DNA of 63,996 bases, counting the filler, from Sphacelaria rigidula (lineage: Eukaryota): the NCBI GenBank assembly GCA_964200075.2. It is 4 parts of 4 records of this genome, joined end to end, with 100 filler letters (N's around TTAATTAATTAA, not from the genome) between each part and the next. Parts side by side here need not be neighbours in the genome. Positions count along the whole stretch, not along the records: positions 1 to 16,044 come from CAXNAA020001507.1; positions 16,145 to 32,185 come from CAXNAA020001508.1; 2 more parts are not named here. The stretch is one strand, 5' to 3'. The notes beneath the pieces were generated by a model. The model searched no databases and had not been told where the DNA came from. It was given only the letters and a program-made list of their open reading frames with translations. The position numbers and the translations under genes were made by a program. Below, piece by piece: positions 12,590-24,960 of this stretch (positions are counted from its first letter, which is position 1; every line of letters starts with the position of its first letter).

Positions 12590-14202
12590 TTTATTTATTT
12601 TTTTCACTCCGTCTTGCCATACTTCCTTCTTTTTCTGCTGTACCATATTTTTTACTTCCTTTAGCTTTAGTATACTCCTCCCATTCTGCCGTGGTTTTAC
12701 TTGATACTCATTTCGCGTGGGTCTCTCTCCTTACTCATATAGTCTCTTTTGCTTCCTCATCTCACCATTGTACTGTTGTGTTGCATGCATACTATCAGCT
12801 TCTCCACTATGACTTTACCAGCTGTGGTCTTGACCAGCTTCTCCCATCCTTCTATAATCTTCGCTCCTGCCCGATTACGTTCCAACAGCTCGCAAAATTT
12901 CAATGCATTTTTGGCCATCTCTTCTCGGAACACTTGCTGATTTTTCCCCTATCTAGTCTACCGATTCTTCATTTGTACAACTTCCTGCCCCGCCTATTTC
13001 TTTCAGCTCTCGTCTGTTGGCTTTCTGTCCATATTAGGCAATTATCTGTATAGTTCCCACGTCCTCCGCGCATACATGTACTTCCATTTCTATACAATTT
13101 CCATGCTCTACCACTATACAGTCAAGAATGGAGCGTTCTCTCTCATCTTTGCATTCCCTAGCCCATGTCCATTGCGCCTCTGGATTTTGAACTTTATTGT
13201 TCAGCGTCTTCATCTCATTATGCTCGATGAACTTCAGCATGTCTACCCCATTCGTGTTCTTTCATCTTCCCCGTATTGTCCGATTATATCATGCGGTTGA
13301 TCTGCTCTTCCTACCCTTGCATTGAAATCTCCCACTTAGATTACTTCTCCTTGCCTTTCATACAGCTGCCATCTCTCCAAACCTCCGCTGTATATCGTTC
13401 ACCCTACTCTTCGATTCTGGGGGCATATAGATGTGCCCTACGAAGAAGGCCTTCGTTCTCCGCTCTCCTGGTTCCCTTATCCATATGCTCTCGTCGAATT
13501 CGTGTCGTCGATAACTTCTATACTGTCACATAGATATTCCTTGACTAAGAATCCTACTCCCTCCGCTCCCCTGCTCTTGGCCTTCTGTCCCTTCTGCTTT
13601 TTTCCCTGTGCATGTGTACTCTTCAACTTTGCATCCTGTTTCCGCCCTCTCTTTCTGCCATGCCTCTTGGATACATACTATACCTGGGTCGCAGTTTCTT
13701 ACTTGTCGCGCTATCTCCATTATTTTGCACTTGTCTGTGGGGAATCCACACACGTTCCACGATTCTATTCTCAACCTCCTTTCCGAACCATTATCTGCTC
13801 TCGTGCTGTCTACTGATCTCTCTCTGTCGCTCTTACTTTTACTTTCTCTTGCTTGATTGTTATTCCCGTTTCCTGTTAAAATCTTTGTCTACTTGCTTCG
13901 GGCCGCTGTGTCCCCTCCTCTTCCCCTTCCGGGCGCTCACCTGTTCCTGCCCCTCTCGCCCTCCGTTCACCCGTGGACTACGTCTTGTGTTTGTTGTTCC
14001 ATTGGCTACGCATACTCTCCGCCCAACCCTTCTAACCCATGCCGATACCTTACTTATATTTATCCTTTCCCACTCCTTGCTTGCGCTCCGTTTTAGCGTG
14101 ACTCGGAAGTGTTCTCCCTCCCTTTCTACTCTTCCTCTTGCCAAACAGAATGGTCCGACTCAATTGCATTTCGTTTTGAACTCTATTCTCGCCATATCGC
14201 TA
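12590..14202 (-). mobile_element. Decayed APE-type LINE, endonuclease region (family copy A, part 1)
   Basis: Carries the APE motifs RIESWNVCGF...IVCIQEAW; colinear with the reverse complement of ~60030-61640; many stops and frameshifts. Confidence 0.85.
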
Positions 14203-15730
14203 CGGCTGGTTCAGGCTTATCAACCAAAAAACACTCATGAGCAAAACCTCACGCCGTTTTCAGGGGTCAGACCCTGAAATTTTGCACAGATGTTCTATGG
14301 GACATTACGCAACTTTCGAAGGTCGACGTTCTTCGACTTTTAGAATTTTTCACCGTTTTTCGGGGGTCCCCAGTTTTTTTCCGGGCAACATCGATCCAAT
14401 CGAACCCCCGTAGAACGATAACGAACAAATAAAAAAACCGCCGTCCATACAAAGTTACGTAATCGCCCATAGCACAGTTGTGCGAAAGTTCAGGGTCTAA
14501 CTCCTTAAAACGGCGTGAGGTTCTTCGCTTTTGTGCGATGAACTTCGACGTGCCGCGGTGAAACCGCAAACTACTTGATTTTAGTACGAAAACGGCGTTT
14601 TTGGGCCTTCTTTGACGTGAACATGAAAATTCAAGCGTCAGTTGATCGATTTTTACGACAAATATTTGAGGGGCCCTTCCTGGGGTTGTGTGGCGACAGC
14701 TCGTTAGCGAAAATATGAAGAAAAAAAAACGTAGTGCCGGTTTTCCGGGATCCTAGAATGGAGACTAACTCGAAAAACGATTTGGATCCCGTCGGACCCC
14801 CGAAAAACGGTGAAAAACTCGAGAAGTAAAAAAACCATCGTCCATGGAAAGTTGAGTAATGATACATAGCATATCTGTGCAAAGTTTCAGGACCTAACTC
14901 CTAATAACGACGTGGAGGTTTGCGCGTTTGTGGAGGACGTGGGCTGAAAACGTACAACTCCTAACTACTTGGTTTTAGAATGGAAACGTCTTTTGGGATG
15001 AATTGCACATCAAGGCAAGAAAAACTGTATGAGGTTTTCGAGTTCCTCGACCAAACTTTGTACATGTGTTCCTTGAACTACAGTATCCCGAGACGCATCG
15101 TTGGATTTTTTTTCTTCTGAGGGCTGTACTGCCTTCCGGGGGGTTTTATACTGGGACCCCCGGAAGGCGGTAGAGACCGGATAAACCATGATATATTGTC
15201 AAGAATACAATTTTTCCAATTTCGAGCATCAACACCTACGGAACTGCCAAGTTTGAGGGCAATCTGAGCTTTTCTACAACAGATATAGGCGACACCGTCA
15301 CGAGGCTCCCTGGGTCTTTCGTGCATGATATTAGTGGAAATTAGACGACGCCAACACTCGACATCACTGAAACATCACTGTTTCGGGTATAGTTAGACCC
15401 CCGTAGTATCCGTTTTCAAATATGCTATTTACGTTGGAGTCCCGATCCGATGACGGTTACTACGATTTGAACCATGTGGAGATTGGGTGAAAGTTGGGCT
15501 TAGAATTCGAAGCTTCGATCTCGGAACAGTTTGACGGGCGCTAATTGGTCGATATACCTTTTCGCCCTCAGCGCTATCACTATGGCCTTCCACACAAATC
15601 CGACTATGTCACGCTCTTCAGCTGTCCATGGCAGTCAATATGATATCATGTACGCGACGTTTGGGGAGGTATTGCGAAAGGCATTATTTGCTGATGGCAC
15701 AATTTTGGGTGATAAGCTTGAACCAGCCTG
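14203..15730. mobile_element. Non-autonomous Tc1/mariner-type DNA transposon inserted in the LINE
   Basis: TIRs c-ggctggttcaggcttatcaaccaaaa / ttttgggtgataagcttgaaccagcctg, with TA on both sides. The empty site (catcgcTAcgaactcc) is visible in LINE copy B at ~33548-33563. Confidence 0.85.
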
Positions 15731-16044
15731 TACCGACTCCACATACCAGCACGACTAGCACTTTACCCGTCCACTCTTTACTCCGCCATCCGCCCTTACT
15801 TACCGTCTCCCTTTCTCTATCTTTTTCGAGAGAACCTCCAGCTTGTTAATTTTGATTGTATTGGTGGGATGTAGTCAGCGTACTCGGATATCCCAGCCCT
15901 AGAACTCCTTGGGGGTCTGGTGTCTTCAAGTTATTTTGCTGGCTCACCGACACTAAATAATTCCGCTAACACGGGCTCGTAGCCTGAAGCCAAGTTCAAC
16001 ACCTTTGACACAAGTACCCCACGTTTGCGCCAGGCGATCTTCAT
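15731..16044 (-). mobile_element. Decayed LINE copy A, part 2 (5' UTR), cut by the contig end
   Basis: Colinear with 33555-33865 and with the reverse complement of 59710-60025. Confidence 0.85.
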
Positions 16045-16144
16045 NNNNNNNNNNNNNNNNNNNNNNNNNNNNNNNNNNNNNNNNNNNNTTAATTAATTAA
16101 NNNNNNNNNNNNNNNNNNNNNNNNNNNNNNNNNNNNNNNNNNNN
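16045..16144. other. Artificial contig linker
   Basis: N44-TTAATTAATTAA-N44, which places stops in all six frames. Confidence 0.97.
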
Positions 16145-16592
16145 ACAAGCGCAACGCAAGTGTGGAAGGATGTCCGACACAATTACAAGCCTCTTTTTTC
16201 GTGCAGCCAAGTACCCCACCCCCTATCGTTGGATGACTCTCATCACCGCAATTCAAGTGATCCCTCACGGATCCATCCACGGTCACATGATGGAAGCAGC
16301 CCAGACTCAACAACGAAACGGAAATAATCATCAGAAAAAGTGAAAAACACAAGGAGAAGAAGACATAACAGGAAAAACATGCAGAAGGAGACTGGAAAAC
16401 AGACGATGAGAAACTAGAAATGACTCGGCATTCGCCACATGCCCTTCATATGAAAAGTCTTCGGCAGCAACCACCGTTTCGATATCCAATTGTGATGACC
16501 AACGAAAGCGGGAATAACCAGAATGCCAATTGCTCGAAAGCAAAATTCAAAGTCCTACGAGCTACGGGCCATGTGTTGGACGTGAGACGGAC

Positions 16593-16680
16593 CTGTGCGA
16601 GCGTAGAAGGCACATGGAGGAGACCCGGCACGGTGGGGAAGCTGGTTCGGATCCGGATGCTGGACGCCCTGGGCGGACTC
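16593..16680 (-). CDS. CCCH/prion-like gene exon 11 (start of third CCCH finger)
   Basis: ttcccag|ESAQGVQHPDPNQLPHRAGSPPCAFYART G|gtccgt; phase-compatible with exon 10. Confidence 0.8.
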
Positions 16681-16899
16681 CTGGGAAAGGCAGCACGTTT
16701 CAGACAACAAGACCGATGTGTGAGGAAAAACAGTGATGTCAAAAAACATTTTCGACACGCATCACTGCACGAGTCCTGACGACGAGTTACCCCTTCGAAA
16801 AAAAATCGAATAAAAACGAGGTAAATCGTTTGGTCAGAATTCTACACATAATCACTTCTCACATGATACCTACGGGCTGGGGCGGATTTGAAGTTTGCA

Positions 16900-17172
16900 G
16901 GCCCATGCTCTTTTATACACTTTAGGTTGGGCCCTGAAATTTGGTATGGACAATGCATAAAGCATGAGAGAAAGAATTACTTTGGTACCGAAAGATTATT
17001 TTTTCCTCCATGAGTCAGGGGCATTTTACCGACACCTGAAGACCGATTATTGCTTCGAATCCTTGAAAAAAAAAACACTTTTGGTACTTCAGCAACTATG
17101 TTTCTTATGCCATATGCACTGTCCATACCAAGTTTCAGGGGCCAACTCTACATGTATAAAAGAGCATGGGCC
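16900..17172. mobile_element. Intronic MITE with ~70-bp TIRs
   Basis: ggcccatgctcttttataca...gccctgaaatttggtatggaca is inverted at tgtccataccaagtttcaggggc...tgtataaaagagcatgggcc. Confidence 0.75.
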
Positions 17173-17893
17173 GATCAAAACCCGGGTCGGTAGAAACTCG
17201 CAAGAGTATTCTGCGGGCCACTCACCGGCCCACGTTTGGTTTTCGTGTATTGAAATTTCGTATGGGTGCTCTGTAAGGCAAATTCAACAAAAAATATGGG
17301 TCAGATTGATTTTCTTCAATATTTTCCTCTGGTTTAGGGCGTTCCACTGTCAAGACCATTTTTCCACAGAAAAACCCTAACCTCAATCAAAAAAAATGAA
17401 GGTCCATATTTTTCTTCATTCGGTACTCCTTTGTGGTTTTCCACACCAAAATTCGTCGCCATCCGCCGAATGCATCGATCGGTAGGTTTATAGATCTTCT
17501 AGTATTGGCGCTATCTCCCTTAGGTATAGGTAAACCTAGACATGAGGTTCAATCAAAGAGAAAATATGGGCCCAAACTTTTCGGCAGATGGGCACCTTCC
17601 CCTCGGTTAGACGATCAACACGATATGAGGATCACGGCCCAACTCGTCTGCGTAGAAGATATATTGCTTCTAAAGCTTTCGTTTTTAGGCTGGCCCAGCT
17701 CGTAGCGCTCGAAGATCGACACAGGTTGGACGGGACAAGTCGTCACTCACGCCAAGAACCAACAGTGTTCACGCCCACGACGGCACCACGCTTCTCGATT
17801 CATGTCCCATTACTGAAACGCACGGACTCAGTGTGACAAACTATACGGCAAGCGGATTGCTCTCATAAATTGGCGTTATCCTTGTTCTCTCAC

Positions 17894-17959
17894 CATCGCC
17901 AGCTGTCCGCGAGTGATGTGCCTGAACCTGCACTTCTCCCCGAACGTACACGTGCCGGA
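17894..17959 (-). CDS. CCCH/prion-like gene exon 10 (second half of finger 2)
   Basis: gaag|SGTCTFGEKCRFRHITRGQLAM|gtgaga; splicing to CDTYLN gives an exact C-x8-C-x5-C-x3-H. Confidence 0.88.
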
Positions 17960-18875
17960 CTTCTCGAGGCATGCAGCATTGGTGTACAGGCGCGCGCACA
18001 GCAGGGGAAAAAAAAACGATCATCGGTGTGAAGGACGAAATCAACGGCTGCTCTGCTCATGTCCAATTTCACGAAACACAGAAGGAACATCCAAGGGTGC
18101 GATTAATTTGATCTACGCTTGAGCTGTCGGACCCGCCTACCCTTGTCATCAACCACCCCCGAGGTATGGCTCACTCGCTCGAGCTGCTTGTGGGTTTCCT
18201 GCAGAGAGATCAACATCGACTGGACGTTCGATAGTGAGCGATCAAATCCCGGTTCCGTGCGGTCGAACGGCAGGCTGCCACGCTGACGCATTTTCAAAAG
18301 CCCAGACGCCATTACACATCTCGCGCCACTCTGGGGTGTGGCTCGCTCGTGGATACCCCGCACTGAGCTGATTCCTGATTGCAGAGCTAGGGGCAGCGAT
18401 CGGAACCCAGATGCCTTTTCGTCGAAATGGGGACTACTTGGCGATAGGATCTATACCATCTCAGTTGCCACCGTATCATTACGTCTTGACAGTACCACAG
18501 ACGCAACACCTCCCTCAGTAGCTCACGAGGGGCAGCAAGTGATGGGACAAGTGTGGACACTCGAGTTCACAACCCTCCGACATGTCATTTTCTCGCACAA
18601 ACACTGCCGACCATGAAATTTGCCAAGCCCCCACCTCACGACACGGTAATATTCACGGTCAACTTTCAGGACATGTTCGTAGGGTCATTCGTCAGGACTT
18701 TTGTACACCTTGAAAATGCTCCGGACTTCCGGGACTGTCTACTGGGTTGCATAACTCATGAAAGCGACACCAGCCCCCACATCCATCATGCGTCACGACT
18801 TCCCGTGTCGATATCAAATCCTCCTCGTCACGATTATTTCCGTCCGGACATACACCTTCCATCACAACTTCTCAC

Positions 18876-19011
18876 GTTCAAGTAGGTGTCACAGGGGGCA
18901 CGCTCTTCTTCCCTGACCGGCCGGTTGCCGCTGTTGTCACTCTTGTCGGCGCCACGGTCGTTCCTGCTGTCCGCGGGTATCTGCCCCAGTCGGTTGTACG
19001 GGTGATTCCAC
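18876..19011 (-). CDS. CCCH/prion-like gene exon 9
   Basis: ccag|(R)WNHPYNRLGQ...RPVREEERAPCDTYLN|gtgaga; completes finger 1 and starts finger 2. Confidence 0.88.
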
Positions 19012-19404
19012 CTGGGCGTACATTCCGACGCAATTTCGGAACAAAGTCAACATCCGTGAGTCATACCCTCACGAAACAAACTGAGGTAACAACCAACTCA
19101 AACAAATGCATCGTGGCATCATCGATAACTTGGAAAATATTCAGAGTTACTCGTCTAATGCATTCCTCCTCACAACACAAGAGTACAGCATGATTCAAGG
19201 AGACCGTTCTCATGTGTGTGCGGAGAATCAGGCTAGACGAAATCCGAGCGGAAATTCATCACGCAATTCTTTCCCTGTTGCGCTTTCCGATCATACTTTG
19301 TCCGCGGTGTGCAAAAAATACTTGAAGTTCCACTCAATTTCTCACTTGTACATGTCAGCCCCCGACCTTTAGTGACTTTGCCCAGCTATGGAGGCTACAT
19401 TCAC

Positions 19405-19818
19405 CTGCAGTTGGTGCCGAACCGGCAGTATCCCGCCTTCACAAAAAAATTGCAGTCCACCTGCCCCGGCCTTTGCGGCATGTTTGGCGCCGGGTTGGTA
19501 ACACTGTACTTGTTATTGTTCGGCCCACCCTGTTGCTGACCAGGTCCACCCTGCTGACCCGGTCCGCCTTGTTGCCCGGGCCCACCTTGTTGCCCGGGTC
19601 CACCCTGGGGGCCACCCTGAGGACCACCCTGCGACCCGTTGGGAGACATCATCCCTGCCCCAGGAGGCATGTTTTGATGGGGGGCGGGCCCGCCACCGAT
19701 CATTCCAGGGTTCGGTCCGGGTCCACCAGGCTGATTGTTGTACATGGGATTCGGCCCGCCTTGCATGCCTTGAGGCTGGGGCGGACCCTGGCCGTTGGGT
19801 TGGTACTGTCCACCGGGC
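19405..19818 (-). CDS. CCCH/prion-like gene exon 8 (GQQGGP repeats, finger 1)
   Basis: tacag| ...PQRPGQVDCNFFVKAGYCRFGTNCR |gtgaat; typical P.RPG..C..F...G.C.FG..C CCCH signature. Confidence 0.9.
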
Positions 19819-20163
19819 CTGTATTGTACAAGTGATCGAATGGAGAGGACGATGTTAAGAAACGTGATTCGAGTCTCGAGATGAGCAGGCAGGAGGGAGG
19901 GAAGATACGATTCCACCTTCGAGACATGGGAAGACACAATACTCTGGACGGAACGGTTCAAGGTGATGTCACCAAACTTCCGACCCTTTGACAAGCCTCC
20001 GTGGAATGAGCACAAAAATACGAGGCACATCGTAAGTCCAACACATCCCCAAGGTCGCATGCCCACATACCCCCCAGTGCAACCCTCTGGGAAAGAGGCA
20101 AGGGAATGAGTGCTTCAACTTTGACGTCGGTCCGTGCGTTTCGACGAACCAAGCGGTGCTTAC

Positions 20164-20326
20164 CCGGGAGCGCCATTAAACCCCGGTCCACCCGGTCCGC
20201 CCGGCCCGCCCGGTCCGGCAAGGCCCTGCGACGGGTGCTGCGGCTGCTGTTGCTGCGGCTGCTGCTGACCCGGAGGAAGTTGTTGGCCATAAGGTGCCAT
20301 CGCACCATTGAAGCCCGGCTGCGGCC
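20164..20326 (-). CDS. CCCH/prion-like gene exon 7
   Basis: GPQPGFNGAMAPYGQQ...GFNGAPG|gtaagc; phases 1 and 2 fit both neighbours. An alternative acceptor would end the exon at 20338. Confidence 0.8.
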
Positions 20327-21095
20327 CTGCGTTCATGACTTCACGTGCCGGTCGATACAGGGGACGAGAAAAAATACGAACAGAACAATCGATCAAAGAT
20401 ACAGCAGGATAATTGGTGTCGTTGGTTACGGTTTCTTACAAAATATCCCAGACGTGGCGCGGCTTCCGTGTAGAACTCCGCAGGCTTCATCCAGCGCGTC
20501 AACGCCAGGGCGGTTTGAAAAGAAATCAAGAGTGCAGATTTGGGGGAAAGGTACGCTAGTCTATTTTGCACTCGTGCGATGATCACGGACTACTGGAAGG
20601 GAGAAAACGCCCAAATCGGCTACGCGGGGGCGGGGGGGGGGGAAGACCGAGAGGGGGGCTTGTATGATGAGGTCGACTCAAAAAAACAAAATGGGAGGAA
20701 TGAACGTGGAGAGCAAGCCAAGCACAGGTCTATCGGGTCACTGGAACACACGTACAGTGAGTATACGAAAAGTGTTCTCGGCACTACTGAAAGTGAGATA
20801 CTCTCGCCAACTTCGCGAGATCATATTTGTGCACGCTCAATGCCCAACCCAGAATTAGTGGGACCGGTGATCGATCGAGCGCGATGGCAGACGGCCAGCT
20901 CCATCCAAAATTCAACCAGTGAGCAGGTTCCCACCCCTGAATACGGTACATGAGCTACGCGCCTTTCTCGGAATGACAGGTGACATGGGATCATTCGTCA
21001 ATCATTACTGCATCATCACGGCACCCGTGACCGACGTCCTTCGTAGTCTTCGCTTTTAATCCAAACTCGCGAGGAAACTGGGTACCACAGCGCAC

Positions 21096-21399
21096 CTTGC
21101 GGTTGGCCAGGCATGCCCTGGGGTTGGGACTGAGGCTGATATCCTGGGTATCCCATGGGCTGCTGCCCCGGCTGCTGCTGTGGCTGCCCCGGCTGCTGCT
21201 GTTGCCCAGGCTGCGAGGGGCCCTGGGGCTGCGGTTGCGGCTGGTGCATTGGCTGCTGCTGCAAGGGCTGTCCCATCTGCTGCGGCTGCTGCCCCATTTG
21301 CTGCGGTTGCTGCCCCATTTGCTGCGGTTGCTGCCCCATTTGCTGCGGCTGCTGTCCCATCTGCAGGGGCTGTTGTCCCATTTGCTGCGGCTGCCAAGC
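21096..21399 (-). CDS. CCCH/prion-like gene exon 6 (QPQQMGQ heptad repeats)
   Basis: ttccag|AWQPQQMGQ... G|gtgcgc; 21-bp coding tandem repeat. Confidence 0.85.
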
Positions 21400-21864
21400 C
21401 TGGAAACCGCACGACGACAACCGATCGATTCACCCTGTTGAACTCGAGTAAGCGCGGGAGGAACTGATACGTTGCGTGTGTCCAACCTCAAACCCTTTGC
21501 CTTTCCCGACGACAATTCGACAGGACAAGCCCGGAAGGATGACAGTGCCGTGTTGACCGTCGGGGTGAACGCAGGGGAGACGGGCTGGTTGTACAGGCTA
21601 CAAGCATGAACGACCGTTGGCGTTTGATTGGGTTCCAAACAGCGGTAAGCCAGACAGCAAAAGCTACGGCGTTCGCCACTACTACCGAACGCGGCAAACG
21701 CCTTCGCGACAAGACGTACCCTTACCCGGAAAAGGTTAACGAACTAACAACTTCGTACTCGATAAAGTGGGTCGCAAACGCTTGCTTCACCTCGCCGCAG
21801 GGTTCACGGCTCCTGAATTACATGTACAAGCGTACTCTCATTACTCGTCTCCCGTTCATATCAC

Positions 21865-22104
21865 CTGCTGCGGCTGTTGCTGCGGCTGCTGGGGGGGCAT
21901 TTGTTGGGGCTGCCCCTGTGGGGGCGGCATCCCGTACTGCCCGGGCGCTCCCTGCAGGGCTTGCTGCATTGGTTGCTGCATAGGCTGCTGCTGTGCCTGC
22001 TGCTGCTGCTGGGGCTGGGGCTGCTGCTGCTGCTGCTGGGGCTGCTGCTGAGGAGTCGTCGGGTTACCATACGGGTTTGTTGTACCACCGTTTGCTGGAG
22101 GAGC
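21865..22104 (-). CDS. CCCH/prion-like gene exon 5 (polyQ/P)
   Basis: ctcag|APPANGG...QQPQQ|gtgata; 240 nt, phase 0/0. Confidence 0.85.
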
Positions 22105-22445
22105 CTGAGGTGATAGGGCGACAGAACGCAGCGTGAACAATATGGGAAGGTGAGCAATGCAACGTTTTTTCATCGAGAGAACTTCGTAGGCTTGGACTCG
22201 CGCTGCGATTGCCAGGCATAGAATAACAAGCACTACAGAAGGAAGGTGGGGTACTAAATTCAAATCATGAGACAGCTCCTGTGTTGACTCTCCTCCTGTA
22301 TGACCCAGGCTGGTGCACCCACATGCACATGGGGTACCGAAAGGTGTGAACCAACCGGCGCCCAAAATAGATGGGACACACACACGCACACACATTCACA
22401 CATACACATACACAGGCGGTCTCGCAACGCCTGCATGGACTTCAC

Positions 22446-22996
22446 CTGGCCGTACTGCGGCTGAGCACCGTTTGCCGGTGCCGCTGTCACTGGCTGCTGT
22501 TGTCCAGGGACGGCATACTGCCCACCAGGCGTCGGCATTCCATACCCCACCATCACCCCAGGTGCCGCTGCCCCAGGTGCAGCTGCCCCTGGCGCCGCTA
22601 CCCCTGGCGCCGCCACGCCTGGCTGCTGACCGGGATACCCGCCGGTGGCTGGAGGCGTAGCCCCCGGGACCGTGTACATGGGCGCGGCGGAGGCGGCACC
22701 AGGTGCGGGCTGAGTTCCAGCCGCGTGTGTGCCATAGGGAGCAACGGCACTGCCAGTGGTTGCACCCGAGGCGGAGGCAGGTTTCGCGGGCGACGGAGTT
22801 GCAGTGGAGGCGTTGGAGGCTGCCTGTTGGGCAGCGTAGGCAGCTGCAGCCGAGGCAAGGGGGTCGGACTTGGAGGAAGAGGCACCCTGGGCAGATGTCG
22901 ATGACGAGCTGTTACGGTTGCTGTTGTTGCCGCCACCGCTGTTGTTGGAGGACGACGACCTGGAGTTCGAGCTGGAAGACGAGTTCCGGTTGCCTG
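22446..22996 (-). CDS. CCCH/prion-like gene exon 4 (S/N-rich, AAPG repeats)
   Basis: cccag(cag) tandem acceptor, open frame, CAG|gtgaag donor. Confidence 0.85.
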
Positions 22997-23993
22997 CTGG
23001 GGGCGGAGTGCAACCGGGAGCAGACGGTTGCGGGAGGAAAATCAAGACAGGGGGATTCGACGTCGCGACAATGTCGACAGAATGTTGAGACGCGACCCGC
23101 TACCTAAGCGGGAAGATTACCGTCACCCGCTTTATAACAACAGTTCCACTGGATTACACGGACTAGTGGGCAAACCATCCAGACGAGACCCAAGATTTGA
23201 AGAGAACATATTCGGCGTGAAGTGACAAGTGTGCCAGGTGGTTCCTGCAGAGAAACATCGACTCCCGACAGATTATGGATAGTCATGCGTAGGATTTCTG
23301 ATTCGGAAATTTTCCTCGCGGCCCCGCAGAGAAATAGGTATACAATTGTATCGCGCTACTTCTGCACATTATCCATCTCACATCGTGCAAATCGCGGAGT
23401 GGGTGCCCTCCACCACTACTTCCGGTACTTGAACTCATTCAGCATGGAAAAACGACCAACCGCAGGGTCAAGAACATGAACGTGGTTATCACACGGGAGT
23501 TCTTCCAAGGGGGATATTTGCTGCGGCCCACGGTAAGGCCGCATGTTGTCGACACCCAAACAACTGGGAAAACGGGAAGCGTACGAAAACATGTTAATTG
23601 GTCCCCGCGCGAGCGTAAACCTGCTGCTTTTGGACGCCTGTTCCCGTTTCCGCTTTTTCGGGGAGGATCTCACTGAGGCACAGCCTGATGATCTCACTAA
23701 TCGTACTACACAGTACTGGGACAGCGATCGTGTGTGTCAACCGCAGACATTCAGCTGCCAGTAAAAACCGCAGGCTCTCTATGTCGCGTGGCTACCTTGA
23801 CATCCTACTTCAACTTGATTGTACTTCGCAGAGACGGTGCTCGTGACAGATTGTGTTATTCGCAACCAAATTTCAACATACGCTGTTACATCCGACATAC
23901 GCCATTACATTAGAATGCTGCCTCGAAAGCGTGATCAGGTGTGACAGCTAAGAGTACCAATGGTAGTGGCACAATGCATCCAGTCCACTGTAC

Positions 23994-24189
23994 CTGACTT
24001 GTCATTGCGACCTCCGCTCGAGTTGGACCGCGACGAGGATGATCCGCCACGGTTGTTCGTCCCCGTAGACCCCGACTGGGAGGTCGCAGTGCTGGCGGAC
24101 CCCGAAGGTCGTCCGTACGCGCCGTGCTGCGCGTAGCCACCGTCGGTCGGCGTAACAGAAGTGGATGGAGCGGGGGCGGGAGTAGACGC
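23994..24189 (-). CDS. CCCH/prion-like gene exon 3
   Basis: tgcag|ASTPAPAP...RNDKS G|gtacag; phases 0 and 1 fit the neighbours. Confidence 0.8.
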
Positions 24190-24660
24190 CTGCACATGCG
24201 AAATGAGAATTAATTAGAACGCGCAAGTGTGCACAGGCGGGTGGTAACATGTTTCACAGGTCAGCACGTACACGGGCCGATGTGTGGCTAGCGGTTCCAG
24301 GGAGTAAATACTCAACAGATGGGGTTTGGTTTCATTCGCGTCCACTCCCTCTCTCCTTCGTTGTTCTTCAGGCAGATCTGATTGTCTTCTCCATCTATGT
24401 CCAATTTTCCTCCCTCTGCGCGTTTCACGAGTGTTTCAATTGTTCACGTCAGACACGTCCGTGTCTTCACCGCTGGATTTGCAGCGGATTCATGTGTAAG
24501 GGGAGGTCATCACTAAAGCACAATGTGATGAGATCGCAGAGGGGTGGCTGCGGGAGAACCCACTAGTTTTCATGGGTCAATCTCCTGGACGTCAGGGTCG
24601 CGTTCTCAAAGGATCGCAACGCGTACGGCAGCTCACTGCAATCATCAAGTTATAGCAGTC

Positions 24661-24823
24661 CCTTTTACGAGGGGTCATCCTAGAGCATTCCTGCTCCAAC
24701 AATTGGTCACCCGAGAGCATTCCTGCTTCAACAAGTGGTCACCCGAGAGCGTTCCTGCTTTTACAAGGGGTCACCCGAGAGCGTTCCTGCTTTTACAAGG
24801 GGTCACCCAAGAGCATTCCTGCT
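24661..24823. repeat. Intronic minisatellite, ~32-bp unit x5
   Basis: cttttacaaggggtcacccgagagcgttcctg repeated. Confidence 0.9.
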
Positions 24824-24960
24824 CGGGTGGTCGGGAGAGTTGCTGCGATTACACCACGCCCGCACAAGACAAGAAACGGTCACTACATCAGCACATCTCG
24901 CACTTGCATATCTGTGTACAATCGAATGGGAGGGAATATTTCACATGTGTTATGTTTTAC

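Noticed and set aside
16089-16100. TTAATTAATTAA as a biological motif
   Set aside because: It is centred in N runs at all three junctions, so it is an assembly spacer.
21056-22113. Cys-rich (metallothionein-like), poly-Ala and poly-Leu ORFs
   Set aside because: These are shadow frames of the CAG-rich exons of the minus-strand gene.
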